DNA of 64,000 nucleotides from Acanthaster planci (Eukaryota): NCBI RefSeq assembly GCF_001949145.1, contig NW_019091359.1, positions 3,202,431 to 3,266,430 of the forward strand, read 5' to 3'. Shown piece by piece: positions 13,920 to 27,574 of this stretch (position 1 is its first letter; each line of letters starts with the position of its first letter). The notes under the pieces were generated by a model. It saw only the letters and a program-made list of their open reading frames with translations, ran no database searches and was not told where the DNA came from. The position numbers and the translations under genes were made by a program.

Positions 13920-15190
13920 TTACAGATGAGGCCTGGGGCCAGCCACACAGTGATTCGTGCTGGCAGAGCAGTGATATGCTGTACATCCTCGGCAATCACT
14001 GTCACGCGTACAAGGGATGCCAACAATATTATCGTCAATGCAATCCAGGTACTGCAGAATGCGAAGAGGAAAAGTATGCTTTATTAGATACGCCAGAAAG
14101 GTGGAAAGGACAAACATTACCAGGGGCGGATCCAGGAATTCTGCCGGGGGGGTATCAGGCTTTCGAAAGTTTTAGGTAATGTCTCAAATTTACAGACAAG
14201 TGGAACAATGATGACACATCGGTAGTATTGGTGCATTTACTTTATTTATTTCCATTTCCCCCCTAATTTTAAACTTTTTTTGTCTCAGAGCGGGGGGAGG
14301 GGTCGACTCCCAATACCCCCCTGGATCCACGTCGGATTATGTCGTCTTTACTCAAGCCGAAACTAAAGAAGAAATCAGCTAAAAGCTTGACATGTCGTAC
14401 TGCTTCTCCTGGGGCTATATAATGAGAGTTATAGTTATTGGAATCTGAAAGTTTGTGTTCGGATGGATGCATCAAGTTTGGTTTTGTATAAAATAAAAAA
14501 AAACCTGTGCCAACAGTGTGAAATGACCTTTATCGTTTAGTCCTGGTCCCGCCCACATGCACTAAACCTTGTAATCACACAACTCGATACCACTCGACTA
14601 AAAGTATTAGACATTCTTTTTAAATTTTACTCTCCAGACAGTATACTTACTGGATTTTTATACTCTCCCCAATCCGCATCCGAATTATCCTCGTTCTCAA
14701 TGGGAGGGTTGCCATTATCCCATCCTTCGTTCAGGTCAGACTCCACTTCCGCACCCTTCTCTTCTTCTGGGTTTGGAACTTCTGAGAAAAAGACAGGCTT
14801 GCTGCCCCAGCTGCCCCCCTCAAAGACATCCCCGACTACCCATGAGTTCTTGTTGCCTTCCGAGTCCTTCTCCACAGCCGCGCGTATCTGGTCGAAGTCC
14901 CGGGCATGCTGCTCCGTGTCCGGCAAAGGCAGCGGCGGCAGATGGGAGATGTCCATGTTGCGCTCCTGTACCCTATGCAGGGTCTTCCAGATGGGATAGG
15001 ACCTGGCCCAGCGGCGTTCTCTCAAAGACCTCAGGAGCCGGAGCCTAGAGGCGATAGCCGCGCTTCTCCTCATGAGTCTGGCTAAGGGGCTTGAGGAGCG
15101 GTCCGAGTCCTGGCAACCGATTGGCCGTGCCAAGGCGCACGTTACCAACATAATGCACATGAGAAAAGCAAAAGACACGCTGGCAGCCAT
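13920..15190 (-). CDS. Secreted prohormone-like protein (223 aa) with a C-terminal six-cysteine domain; family not recognised
   Basis: Coding exons 15190-14651 (180 aa, ends AAT CCA|gtaagt) and 14051-13920 (ttttcctcttcgcattctgcag|TAC ... TAA), phase 0. Signal peptide MAASVSFAFLMCIMLVTCALA, basic sites LMRR, RERR and RWAR, an acidic spacer, then YLDCIDDNIVGIPCTRDSDCRGCTAYHCSASTNHCVAGPRPHL. The first coding exon is GC-rich relative to its flanks. Confidence 0.8.
14121..14332. mobile_element. MITE of the caggggcggatccagg type in the intron of the secreted-protein gene
   Basis: Starts caggggcggatccagg and ends cccccctggatccacg. Similar ends occur near 2190, 30000, 41245-41455 and 61580-61835. 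Confidence 0.5.
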
Positions 15191-16985
15191 ACCTGTTCTG
15201 AAATTGTATCACCAAGTTTGTTCGGTCCTTTTAACGTTTCCTGACGAAGCTCAAAGTGAGATGCGGCTCGCTATCGGTTTGAAAATGTTCGACTCTCCTG
15301 TGAGTTAAAGAGGAAGACGAGATAGAATGAGGTGCGATGATGTCATGGTTACCTGACATCAGGACTTTTTTGACGTCCTTATTTATCCTCTATATAGTTG
15401 TAACATCATTACAAATTGACCAGATGCACTGGGACTGCCGTGTTCAAACAGTCGTCCAGCAAATCGACCAAAAGTCAAAATCACTTTAGAATTCAAGTGT
15501 AATTTCATTTCAACCCGATCGAGCCTCCTGGAAGTTTGGAAAAAGGGGGAGCCCTGGGTTCCGTTGATTAAAAAGTCCGGAGATTGAGATTATTTCCGTT
15601 CAAATCACCTTACCCTGTGGGGTACACCCCTAGGCATGATAACAGATGACCGACCTAAGAGGTTTGCCACTAAATTAGATTGGCCTGCGGGAGTCCCGAC
15701 TTATGTCACACGTTATCAATCAGTGCCACTGAAATAAAAGTGAGCTCTTCACACAGCTGATTTTTACGGGTTTCAAGGTCATTACCTAGACTCTCTAGCG
15801 TTCTGACGTACTCAAAATGTACATGATCTGGACTGGGTTTTTTTATAAGTAAAAAGGCTACGGCTCTCCGGCCGAGGTTAGAGACAGAAATATTATGAGT
15901 GAGAATGCCTCAACTATTTTCTCTCAAATAGCAATCATATAAAGTTGCGGTCTGAGTTTACTTGTTCTTTAGGTTAGGTTACAATTTCTTGATTGTTTTT
16001 GGCAATTTAATGTAAAGCTCATTCAAACTCACGAACGATCTTCATTATGACCAAAAAACTACCATCTCAACGTCCACATTACTTGTTTACTTATAACAGT
16101 TTTAATTTTAACAATGGGACCCAGTTTCGAACGATCTTAGTCACGCTGAACTTCAAGCTCTGCTCTTTGATCTCCATTACAAAATTATCAGGGAGACCCA
16201 GAACAAAGATCAGGAACAACGGAAACCCCGCACTTCAATTTTTTGTGTGACAATGGAGTGGTTATCATCCTTCCACGTGAACTTCAATTTGGCACGTTTG
16301 GGCCGTGACCTTGCATTGAGCGCGGGATTTTAGCGAATTATTTGCACGAGTGAGCCACGAGGTTTAGAGCATGGCTCTTTTCGATTACATGGGCTAGACA
16401 CAAGTAGTAATTTTTCCTGAAAGTTGACCTGGTATCACTACATGCAGACAAAAATGATACCTTTCCAGTCAACACTGCACTATATTTCATCTTCACACCA
16501 CCAAACAAGGTTCTATTTAAAGCTTAAAATCAAAAAGGTGAATGCAGGTGGAAAAAAGAAACTGTGTTCCGACGACTAATGGCGTTAGGGAAACAGTCGA
16601 TAAAAAGCAGGTGAAAAGACAGATTATAAATAAATCGTCTTGCTGGACTTGCACGAACGCTTCCTTGTGTTATTAGAGTTATAGGCCTAATAGGGATGTA
16701 AGAAACGAAGAAGGTAAACGCAGGGTCGGACTTAAATCAAATACTACAGGAGTAGACTCATCTCAAGTCTGAACTTGATAGCACAGATTTGGCCGTGTGC
16801 TCTGCATGGCATCACTCTGAAGAATGATTAGACTGAGTACCGTTTGACTCACTACACGTGATTCGCTGAGTCCACCTTAATTAAGTGCATAATCACTGTA
16901 GAATCCAGGAAGAAGTCAAGCTATGGCTCAAATCAAGCTTGAACTCATACTCAAAGTCAAAGAGTTTGCTTTGAATAAGACTTAC

Positions 16986-17265
16986 CTGTTCTCCAGATTC
17001 GTTTTTGTACACAGACGAAACGAGTTAACAGGCTATCACGGAACACAATCTGCATTTCAGAGATGCTGGAACTCTCGAAGTACATCACTGGGTCACTAAC
17101 TGACGGTTACGAAAGAGCAACAACCTCTATACGGTGCGACCAGGCACTGGCGATGGAATGGCCAATATTACCAGGTCGCTTCAAACTTTTATATATCACA
17201 GCAAATACTTGTTATTCTGAGCGAACCCCGTGATTTGTTCACTCTTATCGATTTCTTATCATTGG
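16986..17265 (-). promoter_or_regulatory. Candidate core promoter and first exon of the secreted-protein gene
   Basis: Minus strand: CCAAT at 17265-17261 and TATATAAAAG at 17195-17186, then about 175 nt ending in a consensus donor CAG|GTAAGT (exon end 16986). A strong polypyrimidine acceptor (tctcgtcttcctctttaactcacag) lies at 15298, 107 nt before the ATG. Confidence 0.55.
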
Positions 17266-17730
17266 ATTAAAGTGCCAGTGGACGAAGTCGATAAAACAGT
17301 CTTTCAATCGAGTACTTCGAGAGACTATCTTATTATAAAATGCGGTTTGAACTTTAAACTTTGCATATTCTCTTAAGAAAGATGAGTGCATATTATGTTT
17401 TGACAATTTACATGATTGTGGACTGTGCTGGGACCCAATAAGTCAAGTCCCACAACTTTGCTAAGCAGGATCACGTACCTAACACGAGGGATCTTTGGAC
17501 TATGCTCGGACCCACTAATTGATTGGTGTATGATTGTAAAAAATAATACTTCACGGCGCCTTTTGTTTGTCCTAAGCAAAAAAGGTTATTATTTTTTTTC
17601 CTGACAATACGGAACATTCAAGTAAACAATAGCGACTTGATCACTCAGACAGTCGACGGACAGAAAAACATTCTGTGACCTGATATGTACACTCCCAGCA
17701 TCTGTAGCCAACGATGGCCACACACACACA

Positions 17731-17880
17731 CAAACGTGTTTTGGGGGCAATCGTGGACGTTCCTATTGTCCTCTTTTGTTCATACTTTTTTGGAGGCCTC
17801 TAATATGTTTTGTACACGTTTGGCAATCGTGGACATATCGGGAATCGTCATTCTTTTGTTTAACGTCCACGATTGTTTGA
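17731..17880. mobile_element. MITE-like repeat (related to 27408-27574)
   Basis: Internal inverted ends caatcgtggacg / cgtccacgattg. Shares cctattgt.cctcttttgtt, atatgttttgtacac and caatcgtggac with the 27.4-kb copy. Confidence 0.6.
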
Positions 17881-20800
17881 GAACATCAGTGCACTAGCAT
17901 TCACACAAGGCTTTTAGGAACTCTGTACCTCTTGAGCGACCAGTTCAAGTTTAGAATGCGCCATAGTAGAAGTTTGACAGCTACTCAAGACTTGTATCGT
18001 GTTTATACGACCTAACCCTTTTGGATTTCCCTTTCTTTTCCTCCCCTTTCGCGATAAAACCCAGTGGTGTAGATTTGCACTTTAGCTTACATCGAGAAAC
18101 GTTGAAGCACCAAGATTATAGCTGCAATGTCTGTATTTCTGTTTAGATAACTGCTAACAAACCTGCTTTACTAGTGCTCCTTTTTTATTATAAATTTCAT
18201 GAAACAATAGCAGTTTATAACTTTGAAACTGGAATTCAATATAGATATCGTGAATAACATTTTCACAACTGATAGGGAAGTGAGTATGTGAACGAACAAA
18301 CAAACAAGACGTAAACTGTTTGGTTCAATCACATGATTATTTCAATCTTTCTCGCAGGCAGTGATTTTTAATTGGACGTCCACGGAGCGCTCCGCCATCT
18401 CTCTCCTCAGTTCTCAACAGTGGTCTAAGTATTCTGACACCTCTTACTGAGACCACATCCACTGTGCTTGCAAAGCTTCCTTTAAGTCTTTACACGCTTT
18501 GAGCACATTCTTGATCAATATTGTCAGACACCCATGACGTTAAAGCAAATGTTGGGTTAGCGCTGCTTCTCTGGGTCTTGGATAACTTAATTGTAACTGA
18601 ATAACTACCTCATGAAGGACTGGACAACTTGCAAAACCGAATCCGTCCTCTGACTTTGCGTCGAATGATGATGATTTGACGATCACAGACAGTGAGTACT
18701 TCAGCCAAGCTAACGTATTCTTCATATCATCACCATGTTTTCAAGTATTCTGTCATACTTTTTATATACTTTATGTATTTTATATACAGAATGTTTTGTA
18801 GTAGGTGAACAATGCATATATAGTTTTTATCCCAAACTGATAACAATTTTTTTACACAAACACCAGTGAAAATTCAGTCCCAGGACAGAAATAAATTATT
18901 CGACCACAATATCATAAACAAGTCCTGGAAATACGAACTAGTTCAGGATACAGGTAAGGATGTTCAAAGTTCATTTCCTTTGGTAGGTAAAAATGCATGC
19001 CTACACTATACCTATCAGCACTTCCAATCAAAAAGTTACCTCAATAGGCTATTAAGTTAATACGACACCCGTAGGTTTTCCAAGATGAGATGGAACTCCT
19101 CTAATCCAAATATAATCAATGTTGCCCAAATTGAATTGTACTTCCTTGTTGTAGGACCTATAGGGGATCATTTTTTTGTTCACTAATTGGTATTCTAAGT
19201 ATGATCCAAGTATTCTGCCTGAAAAAATAGTAAACATTTTGTAAGCATTTCGACAGGCGGATTTCTGTTCACTACATACAGCGGGTACGTAAAAAAAAAG
19301 GGCTGGTATTTTAGTCTAGTTTGTTTACTCAGCGGGACTCGTAATATGACGTGTCGGATTTTCTAATGTGGTGTCAAAGTCGACGAATGAAACAAACCCG
19401 ATAATTGAGCATGCGTGAGTTACCTTGTGTATTCATAAGGATAGTTCCAAGCAGTTCAACCAATCGTGTCGCAGTCTTGACTGAAGTAGCACGTGCATGG
19501 TGCGTGATTCTGGTCTAGCTCCATGCGTCTACCTCAGTTTTGTACATGACTATCCTTAATTGTAAATACTGTCTCGTTTGTTTTGATGTTTGTTTGGTAC
19601 AACTCTTCGTCACAAGACGCTTTAATAATTATAAGTTCGGTTACAGTGGTACATGAATTTTGTAATCTCCTCTTTATATTTACTAGGGGCAAGGCGGACC
19701 TATAGAAGCAAATTTTCGGGGGGTATTGAATTTGCCCATATAACCTTTTAAGACTTTTCTGGAGGGTGAGGCTACATAATATTTGTGGCCCTCCCGTGCT
19801 TTTTGAAGGAAGGAACCTGAAAAAGGAAAAACACACACCAATCGCCTTTCTCTCATTATTTTTACTGATTGTTTTAGTGCAGTGGTGGGGTGTCCATAAC
19901 CCTTGTTGACACCCTCCCCCATCCGCTCTTGCTAGGAGTGACCACGATTCGAATACCTCACAATACCTCAGTACAGTTACTGCATCTTGTTTGATCGGGT
20001 GGGTTTCCTCTGAACGAAGTATTTGAGAGCTTAGGGCCTATAGACCTGAGAGCCATAAAGTAACATTTTGTCAAAGCCTAATCGGACGACCCTGAGTTAA
20101 CTTATGATATTAAAAATTGTGAAAATAACAAAGACATTCAGTTAAAAGAATCATCTCGCTAGAATTGAAACGTTTGGCACAACATTTTTGCCTTCCTTTC
20201 ATACCTCTGGCGAACAAATGTCCTGCATGTGTTGCAATGTACATGTAATTGGCAAACACAATTCTCTTTAGCAGAAGCTAGAAACAGAAAACAACACAGT
20301 TGCACGTGACGAAAACGGGAACCCGCTAAGAGACTCGTGACCTTTTGCTGACACCTACACGATATCAAGGAGTTTAATAGATCAAATGTCAAAGAATTTA
20401 TGCCTTTCTTTAACTTGACAGGTATACCTGGGACTTTTACCATGATTAACACATTTGATGGATTCAGTCGTTGATCCAGACGGATTTAGTGTCAATTATG
20501 TGGTATCATAACTAATTCCTCATATCCCTGTTTGTCGGGAGAATGTTTGTCAGTTCCATGATCTTTTGAGATTCATTTAAATTCACGCATGGATCATATC
20601 ACTTATTTATAAGAAGCTCCCTCTGTTTGAATCAGTGGAAATTGCATTGTTTGATTGGTTCCATATCTCGTTTCATCTTAGTCTCATTTTGAATAAGTTA
20701 TCGTAATATACTGCAATAACACAAATTGCATTTATCAGAAATGTCATACATTTTCATCAGTTTAGAAGATCCTATTCCTAAAGTAGTTATAAAATACAGT

Positions 20801-23800
20801 CCACAGGTAACATATTGCGACGAATGGCATAGCTTGAACTATATATGCTTGTATAACTAATTGCTACCCGGATTTAAAATAATGCAGGCGCTGGCATGAC
20901 CCCCCACCCCATCCGTGTCTGATGACTATGATAAACTGCTTCTGATACCTCAAGAGTTGAAAGTTTACCAGGCAATGCGTCACAGTAGGACTTGCAGCCA
21001 TTCACGCTCGCACGTCAGCTGATCGCCCAGGCCGAAGCCAACTAGCAATCGAACTTTAGGCTTAGACTAACGATCGACCTTCTAAGATAAAACGCAGTCG
21101 TTAGGATAGAAGGCTATCAATCGGTAGCCGGGAAATCAAGGCTTTCAACGGTATCCTGCCGCACGTGATTAAGCATAAAGGTTTGGCTCGTACGTTTCAG
21201 CAAAAGGTTTAACCGAAGAAGGGCCAAGTGTCAAGTGTCAAGCTCATATTTGACACACGATGAAAACGAGTAAAGAAATTTTTGCGGTCTATTTACTGTC
21301 AATCTCGTATGAGAGTGTATTTAGGGCATTTGGGAACCAGCAAGGTGAAGTTTCTACCAAAGGAGCATCCTTTGCTAGGAAATCGCGCCCTCTCTTGGTC
21401 CCGCTCAAGTCCAATGAACTGAAGTATGGAATGGAATGTAACATGTGGACTACTAATCCCTACGTTCGAAAAAGTAGGCCGTACGTACGAATTAATTTTT
21501 TTCTTACCATATCCTAGATATACTTCCATAATCTTGAAATAATGCCCACAAACGGTTTCAAAGATTTCCCTGCTATAGCACTTTAATAGATTAAAGTACG
21601 CACTCAATTCAGACTAAGGCCCAAAAATCTTGCCATCTGAAGTCTTACGACCCTCGAACCTCACTGGATCAGGTGCAGGTGTCAGATTTAAGACAGTTAA
21701 ATTGATACAAGTAATTCTACTCCTTGGAGACTGGGGTAATTTGTACCTCGGCCCCTAGCAGGTGGTATTGGTTTGTCCATATTTATTCTACGCATAGATC
21801 ATGTAACCCGTTATCGCTCTTTTATCAATCTAGCAGCTGTTAGTGTAAAGTCAATGGGATTCCTGTGTAAGGCTATGAAAAGTCTAGAATTCAAATATTT
21901 CTCTTCATCGTGAATGTGAGCGATGAAAGTGTGATTTGAGTTATAGTTCAAATCTGGAAAAAAACCATAAAGAGGACAATAAAACAAGAAAAGGCTTCTC
22001 GATCAGCAATACGTACAGCTTAAGAAAAGGTACAATGACTTTTGGTACTTACCTATTTGCAGTGAAAAGTCGTCGAGGGCGATTTGATTCAATTGTGTCC
22101 AATTTACAGCTTCTAGCTGTGGAACCATATATACTTGTTACAGACAAATGATCGTGACAGAATGGCGAAACAAATCCTGTCCTTTTTTTCACGAGTATGT
22201 GATTCTTGTAATTGGCATAAAAAGTAGTGTTGGTTTTGTAGATGTGATTTTCCGATCGGCCATCGTCTGCTGATGATCCTTAAGATGATCGAATAATACG
22301 CCGTCCCGGACACAAAACTCGCGCAAACGCAAAACACAGCGTATACTATGCATAAACATGTGTATTTTCTGCTGCTTTGCATCGTGAATTTCTTGGAAAT
22401 CCATTTTTCGAATAATCTGGCAACTCCCGCAACCTAATTTAAGTCCAAAGTTCACACAAATTTGTTTTTAGTTCCACGTGTATCTTTGACAAAGTCACAA
22501 TACAAAGTGCATCCGTCAATCCTCGGCTCCACGGACAGTTCTGCCTTATCCTGAACAAACATCGATACAATTTGAACACTTGTTTTCCCATTTCCTTGAA
22601 GTACTCAGTGACGCCAGTTCCAACCGTGAACACTATATGAGTAAGAAAGTCTATTCTGTAACGATTTTGGCAATGGCAAATTTAGGATATCATTATAACA
22701 ACAGCTAATATCAAAGAACTGCTTTCGGAGAAGCCCTCTCTTAAAAAAACCTTTTTTGTTTTTGTTGACATCGTTGAAATTTCAACAGAGCTCATCAAGC
22801 TCATTTCAAAATGCAAAGTAGTCCTATTTAACATTCAGAAAAATTTCGCCCCAGAAATTTCGCAAAGATGCATCTTGATTGACTGTTTAAGACTGAGTTT
22901 CGAAAATGATTTTGTCTACTCATTTGTTTAGTGCGGTGTACCTGTTACAAACACAAATGTTACAAAGGTTGCCAAAAATAGCCTCTTGATAGCAAAAACA
23001 AGGGAAACGCTTTTAATGGAATTTTTCAGTTCTTTTAATTCAACGCATCAGCACATCTCAAAAGTTCTGTTATCTCCATTGTGAAATTATGCAGACCGTT
23101 GTGCAGCAGTCGACGTTTGGGAATTTCCGGCATAAGTTCCAGAATTTCAGAGGTTTAGTCCCCTGCGGTGAAGTTGTACTGCCGTTGAATGGGGAACACA
23201 CCATCTCAGCCACGCCCACAAACCCCCCCCCCCAAAAAAGTCACCAAGCCTGTATAGGTTTAACCTTCTGGTGGTTAAGCACATGTTTGCACTTTTCAAG
23301 AAAATTTCTTAAAATTTTCTTGAAAAGAGACATGCAATATTCAATATAACTGATAATTACATATAACTGTCTGGAATCTATACAAACCAAGAATTTTTGA
23401 CAAGTCAAAAGATTTCCGTAAAATATTAAAAATTAGTGTAGTCATGCCCCACGATGGTACAGTGAGAGATGCGCGCAAATGATTTTGGATAGTGTGTCAC
23501 TCCACACACACGTCATAATTATGAGTGTCATCATTCAGAGCGAAGCGAGAGGACCGAATGCTGTAACGAAAAATCGACTTGGTACATCTTTGAATAAGAT
23601 CATTCATCCATAATTAGGCCTACTGTTAGTGGCGCTTTTTTCGACATCGCCATGTTTGAACCAAAACGAGGTTCAACTAGCTAACACCGTTGCTAGTTTA
23701 TCATAAGTAAACTATTATGTATACGGTACAATTAATAAATCACTAGGGTCAGTAAAGCCTCCCTTTCAAATCAGCCACACCTTTCCGTGTCAGTTCTTCA

Positions 23801-26723
23801 AATCAAACTGGTAGATTAGCGCGAAACAATCAACGGTCTATAATACTGACTCATCGACAGATCGAGAGACGACTAAAACCGGATTATCATAGAGGATATA
23901 GAATCATTCTTCGTAGTAACATCACAAAAAAATTCAATCAAAAGGCAAATGAAAAAGTCACGTTGCGTACGCTCACGCTATACTAAAATCGAAACAACAT
24001 AACCAAGGAAGAGGGACCAAGGAGAGAGGGACTGAAGTTGGGAGAGGGGAGGGGTAGAGCTTAATACTTGAGACTAATCGAGCCAAAGCAGTTTATCAAA
24101 CTCCCTTGATCACGTGTCAAATTTAAAAGCAGAATCGTATATATACAGATTTTTTGGCCCAGTTCATTTTCGTAGATGTTTGAGCCATCCTGGCTTGTTT
24201 ATTCCAACTTCTCCAGGTCAAAAATGACTACTCTGTCCACACAAGAAAAGGTGAACATTGAGGGAGAATGTTTCCATTTAAACCTCTCCTGGATTTGTTA
24301 TCGTCACATTTTCCTGTATAGGGTATTCTTCCAAGGAAAGGGGAATTATTCAAATTAAAACTCCATCCGTTAAAATCTCACCTGTTTGTTTCCAGTGCTG
24401 CATGAGCTGTCTCACAATTCAAAACAAATCCACAGGAAAAAGACTTTGGTGCCAGCGCAACCGGGGCGAACGTCGATAGCGAGAGGGCGAGTGCGGACGA
24501 TGTGACACCCTGATCTTTCCACGCACTAGAGTTTTATACGCAACACAGAGCACGTGTGATATTGCCATAATACATAATTCATTGCCGTCCCTGGGGAACA
24601 CAGACTTGTCTTTCAAACTATTAAGTTCTTTAGAAAAGGGGGTGTGTGGTTGGGAGAACGGATGTGTGATTTTTCCCACGTCCACGAAAAGGGTGTGTAA
24701 TGTCTTGACTCAAATGTTAAATTTCTTCAAGGGATTTAACCTGCAATTCTTGAATTCAGTGCAAGGTTTAAGCCAAGTCCGAATCAACTGGCTACAGCTG
24801 GAAACGCGTTTCCACGGTGACCGAGTAATAAGTCACAGCCATAAATCCACAGTCTTACGTCAGCTTGAACCTGCAAATGTAGAAGCGCAGCACATCCAGT
24901 TTTTCGGCAGGTTTCATGTTGTCTCATACAATTTTATGTTCTTTAGTGTGATTGGATTCGCTTCTTAGAAAAAAATATCGAGATATTTGAAAGTGGAGAT
25001 TTTCGAACATTTTCAAAATGCACTTTGCTTTTTAAGTGTCTATGTGAATATTTTTGGAAATGGTGACACGCGTCACTTATCGTTATGTATTGACAAGTTT
25101 CTCAGAAGTAGTACTGACGCAGTGATACAGGAAGTGGGGGCTTGTAACAGCAGTTGAATATCGACGAAAAAGAAATATTCACAGTCGACTCAGATCATCC
25201 ACACCTCCAGCTAAAATTTAACGTTTCTGAGTTATAGTACTATACCGCGTAGCCGAGAGAAAAGTAAATTTTGATCAAGCCAGCCTAAGGCTCAAGGGAC
25301 GTGCCCTCAATCTTGTCGGCTTATGAAGAATGTTTGCATTCATGTACATTGCTTGGTCTTGCCTCTTGATTAATTGTAGCTAGTTCAACGCTCTTCCCTC
25401 CGGCGGAGATCCCGCTGCTGCGTTCTGCATTTTCGCATGATGTTTGACCGTACGAATACTGAACAGTTGCTCCGGTATGCTAGAGGCAAACGAATTCAAG
25501 TTCTTCACAGACTGACCACCCACGACACAATGATTGGAAGAATAATGAAGACTTCTTCATCTGTAACGTTGAACTCCCTTGCAGCGTAGGTTATTGGTTC
25601 AAGTACATCTTTCATTTTGGGATAATTAAAATTATCTGAAGCTATACGCACAATCCATGTCAAAATGTTGGCAGGATTTCTACCCCAAACATGCCAAATA
25701 AACTTGATACAATGAAACAAAATTACAGTTACTCCATCGTAATCAATAATTTCTAAAGCGTAAATACTCAGGCTCATTTTGAAGGAATTAATGCAGAGCT
25801 GTGTAATCAAAAATACTGATACGTTACAACAAATATCATTGCTTCAACTATATTCAATTTAGCAGCGATTTTTTCACTTAAGATTTGAAGTTAAATTTGT
25901 AATGAAATCTTCGCAGCCCGGCGTCTTTTAGCAGGAAAGTCATAAAGAAAATAAATGATGTAAATACAATAAAATGACTGTGTTTTCAGGACTTCCTTAC
26001 TACAAGAGCTAGCAATTCCGAGCCGACTTCTAGTTACAGATTTGATAGATAATCAGATACTTAAAATCAAAAATCCATAAACAGTATTTTACCTTGAAAA
26101 TGTAATCCTGAAATGAGACGTCATAATAATACACTGGCGAAACATTTTTACAGATATCTTGAAGATTATGAAAATTAAAATATGCCTCTCGCTGGATGAT
26201 TGAAATAATCCGATTTGTCGTTTGTAGTCCATAAGTGCTCCGAGCAACGGAAAGCGACATAAATTTTTGATGAGAATTTCTTCAAGCCTTCTGTTCCATG
26301 AACCTCATGTCCTCACTTGCGATGACAGCTGTTTTTCATACTTACTTGGTTATTATAACGTATACTATGGGCCGCTAACAAATTGAGTTTCGAGGCTGCG
26401 GCTTTGGTGTCTGGTGTTGATACGCTATATTGAGTATCCGCAGCCGTATATACACTGTTTCCAGTAGTCTTGTAGGGTTCGTGTGGAGTAAATTGGTAGG
26501 CACAGCTGACAGTGAAGAGCACTTATCTAATCAGCTAATCGCTGTTGGAATCTCTTCGTATCCTGTTGGAGTGTCCGACAGCTCCTTGAAAATTGTCACA
26601 GTTAAGGTAAGACGGCAAAACGCTGGATGTTTGTGGGGGATTTAGGCCTACTGACCTCAACTTTTGAAGGAAGACTGCAAAAACTGTTCAAACAAACAAA
26701 TTCTGAGGCCGCCATTGTTTTTA

Positions 26724-26909
26724 CTGCAATACGGGAGATTCACAATTGTGCGCCTCCAAGAGTTTGCAATTCGTTGACCAATCACAATGCGCGAAATCTG
26801 TCGACCCAATGCGCCTTAGGAATGGGTTGACAGATTTCGCGCACTGTGATTGGTCAACGCGTTGCAAACTCTTGAAGGCTTACTTTTCCGAATCGCCCGT
26901 ATTCTACAG
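26724..26909. repeat. Long imperfect palindrome (about 85-bp arms, about 10-nt loop), probably a foldback MITE
   Basis: caagagtttgcaa..cgttgaccaatcaca.tgcgcgaaatctgtc.accca pairs with tgggttgacagatttcgcgcactgtgattggtcaacgcgttgcaaactcttg. Confidence 0.85.
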
Positions 26910-27407
26910 CAAATTCAGATCTGTTGAATCCAACCTTTCTTTAAAAACTGCAAGAAATCTACTTCTCAAAATGTATTTGTAAAGAATGAAAATGCACATA
27001 TTGATTTATTAATGCCAAAGGACAAAGAGTTACCACATACTGACTAAAAAATCCCCAAAATATGATTCCACTCGCGTCATATGGTTACATTCTCAAATAG
27101 CCAAAGTAAGAGGGATTAGAGTGGAGGTGGATACAGGTTGAGCATAAGACGAGAAGGAAGGATTTTCTGTCACATTATGACGGCAAGTAAGCGAGTTCCA
27201 GAAGGAAGATAAATATGGGCCGACTTACACTAATTATGATCCAAGAGGGCTATGGTGCAAATGAAGTTACCAGGTTTGGAAATCCCAGAACAGGCAGCCA
27301 AACCCGTAGTCAATAGAAGGGCGCATAGGATTATTGACAGAGAATGATGCGACATTAGGAGGGGCTGGATGAAGGGGCATCCATGAAGTACTGTATACGC
27401 ACGCAAG

Positions 27408-27574
27408 TGTGTATTTGCCTGCAACTGGGGACCCCCTATTGTTCCTCTTTTGTTTGTACTTTTTTAGAAGACCACCCATATGTTTTGTACACAGTTGTCA
27501 ATCGTGGACCCTCTGCCAATCGGGGACCTTATTGTCCTCTATTGTTCAGGGTCCCCAATTGAATGCACAAACAA
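27408..27574. mobile_element. MITE-like repeat (related to 17731-17880)
   Basis: Inverted ends caactggggaccc / gggtccccaattg and collinear similarity to the 17.7-kb copy. Confidence 0.55.

Noticed and set aside
14700..15308. Plus-strand ORFs overlapping the secreted-protein exon
   Set aside because: Antisense shadows of a GC-rich coding exon, with no splice or motif support.
22113..22382. 89-aa minus-strand ORF with a signal-peptide-like start (MQSSRKYTCLCIVYAVFCVCASFVSG)
   Set aside because: No recognisable domain, strong donor or downstream exon. It cannot be told apart from chance.
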